In this document: piece after piece, positions 23,501 to 37,020 of the stretch | Layout: the number at the start of each line of letters is the position of its first letter | How positions within the stretch are numbered: position 1 is the first letter of the stretch | Origin: Chiloscyllium plagiosum | Taxonomy: Eukaryota | Direction of reading: 5' to 3' | Assembly (NCBI RefSeq): GCF_004010195.1 | Contig: NC_057746.1 | Span: forward strand, 15,426,974-15,490,973 | Length of the DNA: 64,000 nt | Position numbers and translations under genes: made by a program | Notes under the pieces: generated by a model | Database searches by the model: none | Told to the model about the DNA's origin: nothing | The model's input: the letters and a program-made list of their open reading frames with translations, nothing else

Positions 23501-24529
23501 AGTTGGCTGTGAAGTAGATACGTGAGTTGGTTGCTGTTTTGATAACAATTCGAATTTAACCAATCGTTTTAAATTAATCCCAATGACATTAAAACCCAAT
23601 CGAGGTTGAATTTATGGTTTATGCCAATCTCGAATCAATGAGACGTTTGGGGTAGAAATGGGCAGGCATTTTGAAAGTTTCAAAGAGTAACTGCCATCGA
23701 CAGCGTAACTGCCAACAAAACACTCTCTATCATAGGTACATTTGTTCATATGAAACATCTTTTCAGTGAAAGAAGAGGACCCAGGGAGATTGTCAGCCAG
23801 AAGCAGTTAGACACCGAAGAGGACAGCTGTTATGTGGTTTTGAAATACTGATGATGTAACTTTATTAACTGGTTTTATTGTTACAGTATATTGTTTTAAA
23901 TTTGGAGGCAGACAATAAGCAAATAAGAGAAAGGGGCTGAGAGTTGTAAATAAATGTTCACTTGAAGCGTTGAGGAATAAATTGATTTTCCTTTCTTTAA
24001 ATCGTGGAATTTGGGAGTTCTCTGTCACTCATATTTTCACAAATAACAGGCGAGGTGAGGTTTTCTGGGAGTCTGGTTTAATTAACCGAATGTTTACCGC
24101 CGTGTCATCACAATTTGCGGTCTGGAATCCAGGTTTGATCAATTTCCGATTAGTGCACTAGATGTTTAGATAAAATGTAGGTGAGACAATTTGTTTAATT
24201 TTGGTTATTTGTGGTTGGTTACATTAAAAGTGAGTGAAATGGCTCTTAATATTGTGAAAGAGGTTCTGGGTTTTGAAGGTAATTCCCAAATTTTCCAAGA
24301 AAGTTTAGAGAGACAGACGGAAGCCATACTTTTGCAACCAGCAAAGTGGTTATAACTGTCTCTAACCAGGGACAAAAAGTAAAGCAGTTACTGTAACGAG
24401 GTTATTAAAGCATTTAGGTTTGTCAGCGAAACAGATAAGTGCAGTACAGTTGGAAAAACCTAAATTACAATCGAGGAAAATGGTGTTAGAAGATGAAGAA
24501 CGGGGAAGAATAGCTACAAGAGAAGAAAA

Positions 24530-24837
24530 TTAGATTACTTACAGTGTCGAAAAAGGCCCTTCAGCCCAACAAGTCCACACCGCCGAAGCGTATACCACCC
24601 AGACCCATACTCCTACATTTACTTCTACACATAACACTACGGGCAATTTAGCATGGCCAATTCACCTAATCTGCACATTTTAGGATTGTGGGAGGAAACC
24701 GGAGCACCCGGAGGAAACCACGCAGACACGGGGAGAATGTGCAAACTCCACACAGTCAGTCGCCTCTGGCGGGAATTGAATCCGGGTCTCTTGGCGCTGT
24801 GAAGCTGCAATGCTAACCACTGTGCCACCTGCTGCCC
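24530..24837 (-). mobile_element. tRNA-derived SINE
   Basis: Reverse-strand copy of the 29719 SINE. Confidence 0.9.
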
Positions 24838-26250
24838 ACAACGGAGGGAGGGAGGGAGGGGGAGAGAGAGAGAGAGAGAAGAGAGAGAGAGTGAGAGAGA
24901 CGATCCTCCTTTATATGTCACAGCACGACGCAAAAACTCAGGAGAATGATGAAGGAATTGAGGTTCAGTTACTCGACACCCTGTTTAAAGTAATGGTACA
25001 GGAAAAACCTGAACAGGGTGAGGGTCAGGCAGAAGTGATTAGTCCTGAAAGGCCAATGGACTTCAAACAGAAAGACGAGACAATTGAAGATATATATTAA
25101 TGTATACTCAGAAAAGGTGTCAGAATGTTTTCCTGAGCGTTATTACATTAAAAATAGAATCCTAAGATGCAAATGGAGGCCATGACTGGTTAGCATAGAG
25201 GAGAAATGGGCAGAAGGGCACCAGATTACGTTGCCAGGAGCATCAGTAGAAGGTCACCTCGGTTTGAGGAAGACTCAGATTAATGTACAAATGCATTTGG
25301 CCGAGAATGACAAGGACTTGGTTAACTTTTCCAGTACATATCGTATATGCCAAGTGATAGCTAACGCAGAGGCAGTAATAAAATCAGCACCTTTGTTGCC
25401 AATTCCCACAAACGAAGAAACGTTCGTGTGGGTTATGTTTGACTGTGAATGTCCCCATCCTCACACTAAAATTTGGAACCAATGCTTCCCAACCAGCATG
25501 GATGTATCTACAGATTTGTGGAGGCAATTCCATTATATAGTATTAAGTGAAAAAGGTGGTAGTGGAGTTAGCAGCTTCTTCTTATTTCACGTGGTATGTG
25601 CTACCCAGACAGATTCAATCAGACCAGAGTCTAACTTCACTACTAGGCTATTTAAGGATGTGATGGATATCTTAGGCATGCAACACATTTAAATTAAATG
25701 AGTACCATTCTGAATCGCGTGGAGCTTTTGAATGATGGCATCAGACCAAGAAGAACATGTAAAGAGAGTACTGTCAGGGCTATCCGAATGATTGAGATAA
25801 AGGGTTCTCATTCGTATTGTTTGCCATTCGAGATTCCCGAAGCGAATCTACTTAGTTCAATCCCTTTGAGTTTAATATTCGGACATGAAGTGAGAGGTCC
25901 CTTAAAATTAATTGAAAGAAGTTGACAAGACTGAAGTCGGAGATCTCATACTTGAAATATGCATCTGAGGTGAGGGAGAGATTAAATCAGGTGGGTCAAT
26001 TATCTAAATAGCACCTGAATAGGGCACAGCATAGACACGCATTTGGCAGATAACAGTTCTGAAATTCGGACGTTTTCCCGTGGGGATGACGTATTAGTAT
26101 GATTCATAGAGGTCGGAGATGCCTTTACAGCCAGGTTTTGTAGTCCCTATCAAATTGAGAAAAAGTTAAGTCATGTTTGTATCTGGTAAAGATGTCAGAT
26201 AGGAAAAAAAAACCTGTGTTGGGTATGTCATGTGAATACGTTGAAATCTT

Positions 26251-26750
26251 NNNNNNNNNNNNNNNNNNNNNNNNNNNNNNNNNNNNNNNNNNNNNNNNNN
26301 NNNNNNNNNNNNNNNNNNNNNNNNNNNNNNNNNNNNNNNNNNNNNNNNNNNNNNNNNNNNNNNNNNNNNNNNNNNNNNNNNNNNNNNNNNNNNNNNNNNN
26401 NNNNNNNNNNNNNNNNNNNNNNNNNNNNNNNNNNNNNNNNNNNNNNNNNNNNNNNNNNNNNNNNNNNNNNNNNNNNNNNNNNNNNNNNNNNNNNNNNNNN
26501 NNNNNNNNNNNNNNNNNNNNNNNNNNNNNNNNNNNNNNNNNNNNNNNNNNNNNNNNNNNNNNNNNNNNNNNNNNNNNNNNNNNNNNNNNNNNNNNNNNNN
26601 NNNNNNNNNNNNNNNNNNNNNNNNNNNNNNNNNNNNNNNNNNNNNNNNNNNNNNNNNNNNNNNNNNNNNNNNNNNNNNNNNNNNNNNNNNNNNNNNNNNN
26701 NNNNNNNNNNNNNNNNNNNNNNNNNNNNNNNNNNNNNNNNNNNNNNNNNN
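26251..26750. other. Assembly gap
   Basis: Run of N. Confidence 1.
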
Positions 26751-27137
26751 TCACCATTACTGAAGCTAGCTGTATACTACAGATTTATTAATTAAATTTA
26801 AATTCCACCAGCGACCACTTTAGGCTTTGAACTCACATCACCAGAACATCAGCCTAGCTCCAGATTGGTAACCCAGTGACATCATTAATCTATCCTTTTT
26901 TTTGTTATTTATCTTATTATAAAGACGAAAACTGCATTTTTTCATTGTAATTTGCAATATCGTACATGCCTTCATTTTACTTTCCTAATTTCCTTTTTAA
27001 TTGCACACCAACACTTTTCTTTCAATTCTTCATGGGTTTTTTTTTGCAGTATTGAGTCCTCACTATCTCAGAAACTTTGTATTCTTCTCCATGCTGATGT
27101 TTAAACCTCTTGCCCTCTGGATATGCCTGGATTTAAT

Positions 27138-27767
27138 TTCCTGCCATTTATTGTTTCCATTGCTCCCGATGTGATCTCCTCTACATTGGGGAGACAGGAC
27201 GCCTGCTCACAGAGAGCTTCAGAGAACACCTTCGGGACACCCGGACCAATCGACCCCACCATCTCGTGGCTGAACACTTCAACTTCCCCTCCCACTCCAC
27301 TGAAGACATGCAGGTCCTGGGCCTCCTTCATCGTAACTCCCTAACGACCTGACGTCTGGAGGAAGAACACCTTATCTTGCACCTCATCTTCAACCCCATG
27401 GCATCAATATGGATTTCACCAGTTTCCTCATTTCCCCTCCCTCCACCTTACCCCAGTTCCAACCTTCCAGCTCTGCACCGCCCTCATGACCTGTCCATCT
27501 TCCACCTGTCTATCTTCCTTCCCACCTATCCACTCCACCCTACCCTCCAACCTATCACCATTATCCACATCTCCATCCATCTACCTTCCTCCTGGCCCCA
27601 CCCCCCTCCTATTTATCACTCCACCCCCGAGGCTCCCAGCCTGATTCCTGATGAAGGGCTTTTGCCCGAAACATCGATTTTCCCGCTCCTTTGATGCTGC
27701 CTGACATGCTGTGCTTTTCCAGTGCCACACTCTCGACTCTAATCTCTGCAGTCATCACTTTCACCTA
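27138..27767 (+). mobile_element. Penelope-like element 3' portion: GIY-YIG endonuclease remnant plus hammerhead pLTR
   Basis: IYCFHCSRCDLLYIGETGR from 27146; CTGATGA-AGGGC TTTT GCCC-GAAACATC at 27648-27675; imperfect TSD CTGGATTT(A/C)AT at 27127-37 and 27768-78. Confidence 0.85.
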
Positions 27768-27903
27768 CTGGATTTCATAGATCCACTTTTTCAGCTGGGC
27801 TTTGACTTTTTTTTCTCTAACATGAAATATGGATGTCATTGCCAATTCCATCATTTGATACCAAGTTCGGTGGATAGGTTAGCCATGGGAAGTATGCAGA
27901 GAC

Positions 27904-29392
27904 CATAGGACATAAGAGCAGAAATTAGACCATTCACTCATTGAGTCTGCTCTGCCATTCAATCATGGTTGATAAGTTTTCCAATCCCACTCTCTAGCTA
28001 AAGATGTTTCTCCTTAACTCCATTCTAAAGGGTCTTCCCTTTACTCTAAGACTGTGCCCTTTGGTCATTTTCTCTTCATTGAGTCTGCTCTGCCATTCAA
28101 TCATGGTTGATAAGTTTTCCAATCCCATTTTCCCATCTTCTCGCTGGAGCCAATGATCCCCTTGGCAATCAAGAATTTACCTCTCCCTGTTTTAAATACA
28201 CTCAATGACCTGGCCACCACAGCCTTCTGAAGCAATGAATTCCACAGATTCACCACTCTCTAGCTAAAGATGTTTCTCCTTATCTCCATTCTAAAGGGTC
28301 TTCCCTTTACTCTAAGACTGTGCCCTTTGGTCATTTTCTCTTCTACCAATGGAAATGACTTCCAAATGTCTACTTTGTCCCTGCTGTTCAGTATTCTGTA
28401 AGTTTCAAATAGATCCCCTCTCATCCTTCTAATCTCCATTGAGTATAGTCACAGAGTCTGCAAATGTTTCTCATATGTTAAGGCTTTCATTCCTCATGAA
28501 ACTCCTCTGAACCTGCTTCCATGTCCAATTCATCTTTCCTGAGGTATGGGCCCAAAGTTGTTCACAACACACAATATATGATCTTACCAGAGCCTTATTA
28601 AGCTTCAGAAGTCCATCCCTGTATTCATATTCCGCGATGAATGACAACATTGTATTTGCCTTCCTAACCACCAACTCAACCTGCAAGTTCACCTTAAGAG
28701 AAACCTGGACCAGAACTCCCAAGTCTCCTGGCACTTCAGATTTATGGATTTTCTCCCCATTTAGCAAATACTCTATGCCTCTTTTCTTCCTAACAAAGTG
28801 CATGACCTCACACTTACCCACATTGTATTTCATCTGCCAATTCTTTGCCCACTCTCTGAACCTAAGTCTTTCTGCAGCCTTCCCACCTCCTCAATACTAC
28901 TTACCCTCCATCTATCTTTACCCTCCATCTACCTTTGTATCATCTGCAAACCTAGCCAGAATTTCCTCAGTTCCTTTATCCAGATCATGAATGTATAAAG
29001 TGAAAAGTGTGGTCCCAACACTGACCCGTGTAGAACATCAAAAGTCACTGGTTGCATCCTGAGAAAGACACTTTTATCTCCATTCTCTGCCTTCTGCCTG
29101 ACAGCCAAGCTTCTATCCATGCTAGCATCTTACCTATAACATTATGGGCCCTTATCTTACTCAGTAACCTTTTGTGCAGCACCTTCTCAAAGGCCTTCTG
29201 GAAGCCCAGATAGACAACATACATTGGTCCTCCTTAGCCTAACCTGCTTGTTAGCTCCTCAAAGGATTCTAACAGATTTGTCAGGCATGACCTCCCCTTG
29301 ATGAAACCATGCTGACTTTGCCCTAGTTTGCCATACACTTCCAAGTATTCAGAGATCTCTTCCTTCACAAAGGACTCTAAAATCTTACCAAT
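27904..29392 (-). mobile_element. CR1 ORF2 RT and 3' end, decayed
   Basis: QSQHGFIKGRSCLTNL, GSVLGP, MKYNVGKCEVMHF, DLGVLV. Confidence 0.9.
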
Positions 29393-29718
29393 GAGTATAC
29401 TTAAGAGGAAAATCAGGAGGGCAAAAAGGGGCATGAGATAGCTTTGGCAAATCAAGTTAAGGAGAATCCAAAGAGTTTTTACAAATATATTAAGGACAAC
29501 AGGGTAACTAGGGAGAGAAAGGGCCCCTCAAAGATCAGCAATGCAGCCTTGATGTGCAGCTGCAGGGGATGGGGGAGAGGCTAAACAAGTATTTTGCATC
29601 AATGTTTACTCTGGAAAAGGATAGGGAAGACGTAGAATGTAGGGAAATAGATGATGACTACATTACAGAGGAGGAAGTGCTGGAACTCTTGAAGTGGATA
29701 AATCCCCACGACCTGGTG

Positions 29719-30046
29719 GGCGGCACGGTGGCACAGTGGTTAGCACTGCTGCCTCACAGCGCCTGAGACCCGGGTTCAATTCCCGCCTCAGGCGACTGAC
29801 TGTGTGGAGTTTGCACGTTCTCCCCGTGTCTGCGTGGGTTTCCTCCGGGTGCTCCGGTTTCCTCCCACAGTCCAAAAGATGTGCAGGGTCAGATGAATTG
29901 GCCATGCTAAATTGCCCGTAGTGTTAGGTAAGGGGTAAATGTAGGGGTATGGGTGGGTTTCGCTTCGGCGGGTCAGTGTGGACTTGTTGGGCCGAAGGGC
30001 CTGTTTCCACACTGTAATGTAATGTAATGTAATCTAATCTAATCTA
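29719..30046 (+). mobile_element. Full-length tRNA-derived SINE (young)
   Basis: GGCGGCACGGTGGCACAGTGG A box, GGTTCAATTCC B box, CR1-like 3' end, (TGTAA)n(TCTAA)n tail. Confidence 0.93.
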
Positions 30047-31457
30047 ATATCTTAGAATTCTGTGGGAAGCTAGGGACATGATTGCTGGGTCTCTTGGTGA
30101 GATACTTGTATCATTGATAGTCACAGGTGAGGTGCCAAAAGACTGGAGGTTGGCTAATGGGGTGTCATTATTTAAGAAAGGTGGTAAGGACGAGCCAATC
30201 TTACTGGTGAGCCTGATGTCAGTGGTGGGCAAGTTGTTGGAGGGAATCCTGAGGGACAGGATGTATATGTCTTTAGAAAGGCAAGGACTGATTAGAGACA
30301 GTCAACATGGTTTTGTGCATGGGAAATCATCTCTCACAAAGTTGATTGAGATTTTTGAAGAAGTAACAAAGAGGAGTGATGAGGGCAGAGTGGTGGACGT
30401 GATCTATTTGGATTTCCGTAAGGCATTCAAATGGTTCCCCATGGAAGACTGGTTAGCAAGGTTAGACCTCATGGAATACAGGGAGAATTTGCCAATTGGA
30501 TACAGAAATGGCTCAAAGGTAGAAGATAGTGGGTGGTGGTGGAGGATTGCTTTTCAGACTGGAGGCTTTTGACTAGTGGAGTGCCACAAGGATCATTGCT
30601 GGGCCCATGACTTTTCATTATTTATATAAATGATTTGAATGTGAGCATAAGAGGTATAGTTAGTAAGCTTGCAGACGACACCAAAATAGGAGGTGTAGTG
30701 GACAGTGAAGAAGGTTACCTGAGATTACAATGGGATCTTGATCACATTGGCAAATGGACTGAGAATGGACAGATAGAGTTCAATTTAGATAAATGTAAGG
30801 TGCTGTGTTTTGGGAAAGCAAATTTGATAGGACTTATACACTTAGTGGTAAAGTCCTGTTGAATGAACAAAGAGACCTTGGAGTCATTTTCATTGCTCCT
30901 TGAAAGTGGAGTCACATGTAGATAGGATAGTGAAGAAGGCATTTGGTATGCTTTCCTTTATTGGTCAGAGTATTGAATACAGGCGTTGGGAGGTCATGTT
31001 GCAGCTGTACAGGACAGTGGTTAGGGCACGTTTGGAATATTTTGGGCAATTCTGGTTTCCTTCCTATCGGAAGGATGTTGTGAAACTTGAAAGGGATTAG
31101 AAACGATTTACAAGGATATTGCCAGGGTCAGAGGATTTGAGCTATAGGGAAACATTGAATAGGCTGGGGTTGTTTTCCCTGGAGCGTCCGAGGCTGAGGG
31201 GTGACCTTGTAGAGGTTTATAAAATCATGAGGGGCATGGATGGGAAAAATACACAAAATCCCTTCCCTGGGTTGGGAGAGTCCAGAACTAGAGGGCATAG
31301 GTTTAGGGTGAGAGGGGAAAGATATAAAAAATACCTAAGGAGCAACTTTTTCACGCAGAGCGTGGTACATGTATGGAATGAGCTGCCAAAGAAAGTGGTG
31401 AGGCTAGTATGATTGCAACATTTAAAAGACATCTGGATGGGTATATGAATAGGAAGG

Positions 31458-31886
31458 CAAAAGTGATGACTGCAAATGCTGGAAACCAGAGTTTAGATTA
31501 GAGTAGTGCTAGGAAAACACAGCAGGTCAGGCAGCATCCGAGGAGCTGGAAAATTGATGTTTCAGGCAAAAGCCCATCATCAGGAATAGAGGCAGGGAGC
31601 ATCCAGGATGGAGAGATAAATGGGGGATGGGGGATGGGGAGGCTGGTGAGAAGGTAGCAAAGCATACAATAGGTGAATGGGGGTGGGGATGGAGGTGATA
31701 GGTCAGAGGGGACGGTGGAGCGGATAGATGGGAAGGGAGCTTGGCAGGTCGGACAGGTCATGAGGACAGTTCTGAGCTAGAAGGTTGGAACTGGGGTAAG
31801 GTTGGGGGAGGGGAAATGAGGAAATTGTTAAAGTTCACATTGATGCCCTGGGGTTGAAGTACACCGAGGCAGAAGATGAGGCGTTC
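31458..31886 (-). mobile_element. PLE 3' fragment with hammerhead motif and 15-bp TSD
   Basis: TSD ATATGAATAGGAAGG at 31443-57 and 31887-901; minus-strand CTGATGA-TGGGC TTTT GCCT-GAAACATC at 31556-31583. Confidence 0.87.
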
Positions 31887-32734
31887 ATATGAATAGGAAG
31901 GGTTTGGAGAGAAATGGGCTGGGTGCCGGGTGCTGACAGGTGGGACTAGATTGGCTTGGGATAAAATGGACCGACAGGTCTGTATCTGTGCTGTATATCT
32001 TTATGAATGTATGATTGAGGTCAGGCTAATTGGCCGGTAGTTTTACATCTTTTTCCTTATTCCCTTATTAAATGGGGGTGTTACAGAGAAGCTGTGAAGA
32101 GATGAATCAGTCAAGTAAGGAACAAGTTGTCAGATGGAGTATAATATTGTGAAATGTCAAGCTTTTCATTTTGGTGATAAGAATTTAAAATTAGGCAATT
32201 TTTAACATGTGAAATATGCCAATATCAATGCTGATAGAGATTAGTGTGTCAGAAGACAGAAAAATAGCATTCAATTGTGGCAAGCAATTAGGAAGCTGCA
32301 GTGGAAACTAAATCTTTTTTTTTCTGGAAAGTTTTGACAACAGGAGTTAGGTGACACCTTACAAGCTTGTATTTATGGCACTTTCAGCGCAAGTGAACTT
32401 TGTTGCCCCTTAGATACACATAACTGTTCACCAAAGTTCTCCCAATTGATGCCTCTACCTGCCCAGGCTTCATTTCCAGATCTCAGTCCGGAACGGTCCC
32501 TTTCCTGTTGGGATACCACGTGGTACATGAAATACATTTTTTGAGGGAATTTTGAGAGTCATATTTCTTTTGTTCCTTTCAAACTACTTCTGGCCCAGTT
32601 AATGTCAGACTGACAGTTATTTCCTACTATTTCTACACTGTTGTTTTCAAATTTCTCAGTGATTTCCCTCATAGATGCTCTTTGATCTCACCCGAAATGT
32701 TTGAGCCTTTATAATAAACTCCAAGTTATACAAG

Positions 32735-33352
32735 TGCATTCATCGGAAGGGATATTGAGTACAAGAGTTGGGAGGTCATGTTACAGTTGTACAGGACTTT
32801 GGTTCGGCCACATTTGGAATACTGTGTACCGTTCTGGTCACCACATTACCAAAAGATGTGAATGCTTTGGAGTGGATGCAGAGGAAGTTCAGTAGGATGT
32901 TGTCTAGTATGTAGGGTACTAGCTATGAAGTGAAGTTGAGTAGATTAGGATTATTTTCATTAGAAAGATATAGCTTGAGGGAGCACCTGAATGAGGTCTT
33001 CAAAATGATGAGAGATATAGGCAGGGTGAATAGCAAGCTTTGTCCTAGAGGCGGGGACTCAATTAATAGGAGTTGTGAGTTTAAAGTGAAAGGGGACAAG
33101 TTTAGAAGCGATATGGGAGGAAAGTTCTTTACGCAGAGGCTGGTGGGTTCCAGGAACACGCTGCCAGTGGGGGTAGTAAAGGCGGGCACGATAGTATCAT
33201 TTAAGTATCCAGATAGATACATGAATGGGCAGGGAGCAAAGGGATTCAGATCCTCAGAAAATAGATGACAGGCTTAGATAGAGGATCTGGATCAGCGCAG
33301 GCTTGGAGGGCCAAAGGGCCTATTCTTGAGCTGCAATTTTCTTTGATCTTTG
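32735..33352 (+). mobile_element. CR1 3' portion
   Basis: LSRLGLFSLE, GKFFTQRLVG, CR1 3'UTR. Confidence 0.85.
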
Positions 33353-33407
33353 CTTGTTTTTTAGTTCTTCAGTTCAAAACCTATGATCACATCGAAAGAT
33401 TCCTTCT

Positions 33408-33550
33408 CTGTGGCTAGTCTAAGTCTGGTCTTTCAGTGTCTTGTGGCAAGTCTAAGCCTGGTCTCTCGGCGGATTACGGCAGGTCTTAGCCTAATCTCGG
33501 TGGCTCGTGGTGGGTCTAAGCCTGGGCTCTTGGCAGCTCGTGGTTGCATC
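33408..33550 (+). repeat. Short degenerate tandem repeat (~4 units built on GTCTAAGCCTGG)
   Basis: GTCTAAGTCTGG, GTCTAAGCCTGG, GTCTTAGCCTAA, GTCTAAGCCTGG at roughly 31-33 bp spacing. Confidence 0.6.
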
Positions 33551-33775
33551 TTGGCTCAGTGTGCGAGTGGGTCCTGGCCAAGCATGTTCCTAAGACACCG
33601 AGTGAAATCAGAGAGGCGGCAGCTTCAGCAGCAGCAACGGCATCACAGCCCAATGTTGGAAGGCTGAGCGGTGAGGGGGTTCTGATCATATCTGTGTAGC
33701 GACATCAAGAACATGCAGCCGAGGTCTCCCGGAGAGTGAGATAAACAGGGGACTCATCAAAGAAGTTAAACTTGG

Positions 33776-34125
33776 GAGTGGTGTGGTCACTTAGTGGTTA
33801 GAACAGCTGCCTCATCATGCCAGGACCCAGGTTCAATTCCAGCCTCGGACGACTATCTGTGTGGATTTTGCATGTTCTCACCATGTCTGCATGGGTCTTC
33901 TCTAGGTGCGCCGGTTTGCTCCCACAATCCAAAGATGTGCAGGTTAGGTGAATTGCCCATGCTTAATTGCCCATAGTGTTCAGGGATGTGTGGGTTAGGT
34001 GCGTTAGTCAGGAGTAAATGTAGAGTACTTAGGTAGGGGACTGGGTCTGAATGGGATACTCTTCAGAAGGTTGGGGTGGGCTTGCTGTGCTGAAGAGTGT
34101 GTTTCCACACTATAGGGATTTTATG
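33776..34125 (+). mobile_element. tRNA-derived SINE, older copy
   Basis: B box GGTTCAATTCC and conserved SINE core. Confidence 0.85.
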
Positions 34126-35762
34126 AAACTTCATTTATTCTGTTATTTTCTGAGTTTAAATTAAGAAAGACTTTAATATTAACTATGACCTTATTTCTTT
34201 ATTTGTCTACTTATGTGATGAAGGTAATGTTTAACTTTTTAATGCTGCTTCTCTTACTATTTTGTTCCTAAATTTTTTGTGCCTAGCTACTTTAGTACCT
34301 AAGATGGTGCTGAGTGTGTGCATTTTCACTGTGCTCCTATACTTCTGTACATGAGTGCATGTGACAACAAAGTCTAAATCTAAACCGCTCACACTTTCCA
34401 TTAGTTTAAACAATGCTGCGACTCACATCCTCCCTTTTAAAAAATGCTCTCATCTGGAAATATCTGTAACAGGAAACGTGAACTGCATTCCAGACTTTCT
34501 TACGGGTTCTTTTGAGGAGATGCAACTGTTTGAGTGACTGCGCTCGAACGTCTTTGTTTCTGGGCTGTATTTGGCTGTGGGGCTGTCATTGTTTCAGGAG
34601 CCTTATCAGGTTCAAGTGGCGAAAAGACTTTTACTGGGATCTGAGAGCTTGCTGAAATATTGAGTTATCACCTTCAATGGAACATTGTTTAGAGATGAAT
34701 CAGAGCAGGCGACTCTCAAAGAGATGGTGTTACTGGGAGGAGTGGTCAAATTGTAGAATTGTGCTCAGTGTGAACGGGTAAACAGAGTGGAGCACCTGAA
34801 CCCACTGACTGTGCAGTTTTCAGACTAATTACATTGTGGAATTAGCTTAGGGGTGTAAGTGAAGGCCTGAATTGATTTTGAGACCTAAATACAAATTCCT
34901 TGCTTGAGTCATTTAACCAGACGGTCACAGTCACAGTCACAGGGAAGAGCCTTAAAAACAGGCTCCAGTGCAGCACCCTGTTCGGGCAATACAATTTGAA
35001 TATTAAATGGTATGCGAACATAGCAGAATGAATTGGCTACTGAAAGGAGAAGATATCTGGAGATGAGTCTGATCGTGTTTGAATGAACAACACCATTGCA
35101 TACATTTTCCAATTTTCGTTAATTAATCAAATCAAAGCTGCTCAGTCTTTAGGGATTTCTAATTTAATCTCAGCTCTAATTATATTCGATCACAACAGGG
35201 AATTAATGTTGCTACCATAATCTATTTGCACACATTTTAAAAGAAACTAAGTTGAGCGCTGGAGATTGAACAGGGGAAAAACTTAAAAGCGCTGTGAGTT
35301 CATGACCTCAGAGTTTAATTAGGAAGATTGCCTTCAGCGCAAAGGGACAGATGACTTCACACAGGAAAGAAGGGATATGTTTCCCTTCATCAGGACAACA
35401 TAATACATTATTCTTGCTGGCATTGATGCTCCAGGTAAGCAAGTAAGTCCATTGAAGTAGTGTAAACCTGTTTGAGAGCTAGTTATTAATCCATGGCTAA
35501 TTATATGAAAGCAAACCACTCTGCAGGCCGGCAATCCTTGACATTATTTTGTTAAGTGAAATGTCATGAACTGCCTTTGTAGTTTTCTTCCAGTGTTTCC
35601 ACTGAAGGTAAATCTGTTTGTAACTTGGAGTCTTGCTGAATTACAAAATAATTGTTTTTAGTGGGATACTGCGTACAGCTGAATCAGAGATTAGTATAAA
35701 AATTCTCAGAGGGAAGGTATTAGTCAGAGAATCTGTCATTGCTCAATCTGCAATGACAGCAG

Positions 35763-36078
35763 GGGGTGGCACGGTAGCTCAGTGGTTAGCACTGCTGCCT
35801 CACAATTCCAGGAACCCAGGTTTGATTCCAGCCTTGGAGGACTGTCTGCATGGATTTCCTACAGGTGCACTGGTTTTCTCCCAAAAGATGTCTACGTTAG
35901 GTGGATGGGCAATGCTAAATGGTCCTGTAGTGTCCAGGGATGTGCAGGCTAGGTGGATTAGCCATGAGGAATGTATAGTTACAGGGATAGGGTAGGAGGG
36001 TGGGATGCTGTTTGGAGGGTCAGTGTAAACTAGATGGACCAAATGGCCTGCTTCCATACAGTATTTATTCTATGATTC
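35763..36078 (+). mobile_element. tRNA-derived SINE, older copy
   Basis: TAGCTCAGTGG A box, SINE core, TTCTATGATTCT tail. Confidence 0.85.
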
Positions 36079-36084
36079 TGTCAT

Positions 36085-37020
36085 AACCTACCATTAAGGC
36101 AGGGAATCAACGCTGGTTCAAAGGAGAATGCAGGAGGGCATGCCTGGAGCAGCACCAGGTATACCTGAACATGAGATTTCAACTTGGTGAAGCAGTAAAA
36201 AATTGTGTGGCAAACAGGGTAAGCAGAAAATCACTGGCAGTGCCATGTGATTCCACAATCGGCAGTTCAAATCTAATACCATGAATGATGGTGGACTTTG
36301 AACAACTCACTGGTGGAGGAGGCTCCACAAATATCCTCGTCCTCAATGATGGGGTAGCCCAGCACATCAGTGCAAAGATAAGGCTGAGGCATTCGCAACA
36401 ATCTTCAGCTGTAAGTGTCAAGTGCGTGATCCATATCAAACTCCTCCAGAGATCCCCAACATCACGGTTACCAGCCTTCAGCCAATTCTATTCACTCCAT
36501 GTGATAGCAAGAAATGTCTGAAGGCACTGGATACTGCAAAGGCAGTTCAAATATGGACAAAAGAGCTGAACTGCGGAAGTGAGGTGAAAGTGACAGCCTT
36601 TGATATCAGGTGGCCTGGGAGTTGGGAGGATACTTTGCTGTTTGGAGTCAACCCTAGCACAAAGGAAGATCATCATCATTGCTTGAGGGCAACTGTCTTA
36701 CCCCAAGGTCACATGTGTAGAAGTTCCTCTGGGTGGTATCCTAGGCCCAATTATCTTCAAGCTGCCTTATCATTAACTTCCCTCCAACACCATTAGAGGT
36801 GGGGATACTCACTGCTCAATGTTCAGCACCATGCACTACTCCTCAGACTATGTCCATGCACAGCAACGACTCGGTAATATTCAGTCATGGGCTGCTTTGT
36901 GTCAAGTAATATGTGACACAATTGCAAAGTAGTGACTATCTCCAACAAGAGAGAATCTAATAACATTCCCTTAATATGAAATGCCATTGTAATCTCTGAC
37001 TTTCTGGAATTAACAGTACT
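36085..37020 (+). mobile_element. Decayed, internally deleted non-LTR retrotransposon fragments
   Basis: KKCLKALDTAKA, VKVTAFDI and RT-like remnants. Confidence 0.55.

Larger units (their letters stand above)
23169..26250 (+). mobile_element. Decayed Gypsy LTR element (LTR ~23169-24112, gag remnant from ~24239, integrase ~25230-26250)
   Basis: TG...CA LTR-like block; GHLGLRKT, CQVI, APLLPIP..E.F..V.FDC, FGHEVRGPL and HVNTLKS integrase motifs; runs into gap. Confidence 0.75.
29393..32015 (+). mobile_element. CR1 ORF2 RT through 3' end, hosting a SINE and a PLE
   Basis: DSQHGFVHGKS, YLDFRKAF, KLADDTKIGG, LGLFSLE, FFTQSVVHVWNELP. Confidence 0.92.

Noticed and set aside
29719-29790. tRNA gene
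   Set aside because: A/B boxes belong to SINE heads; no full cloverleaf, and the SINE body follows
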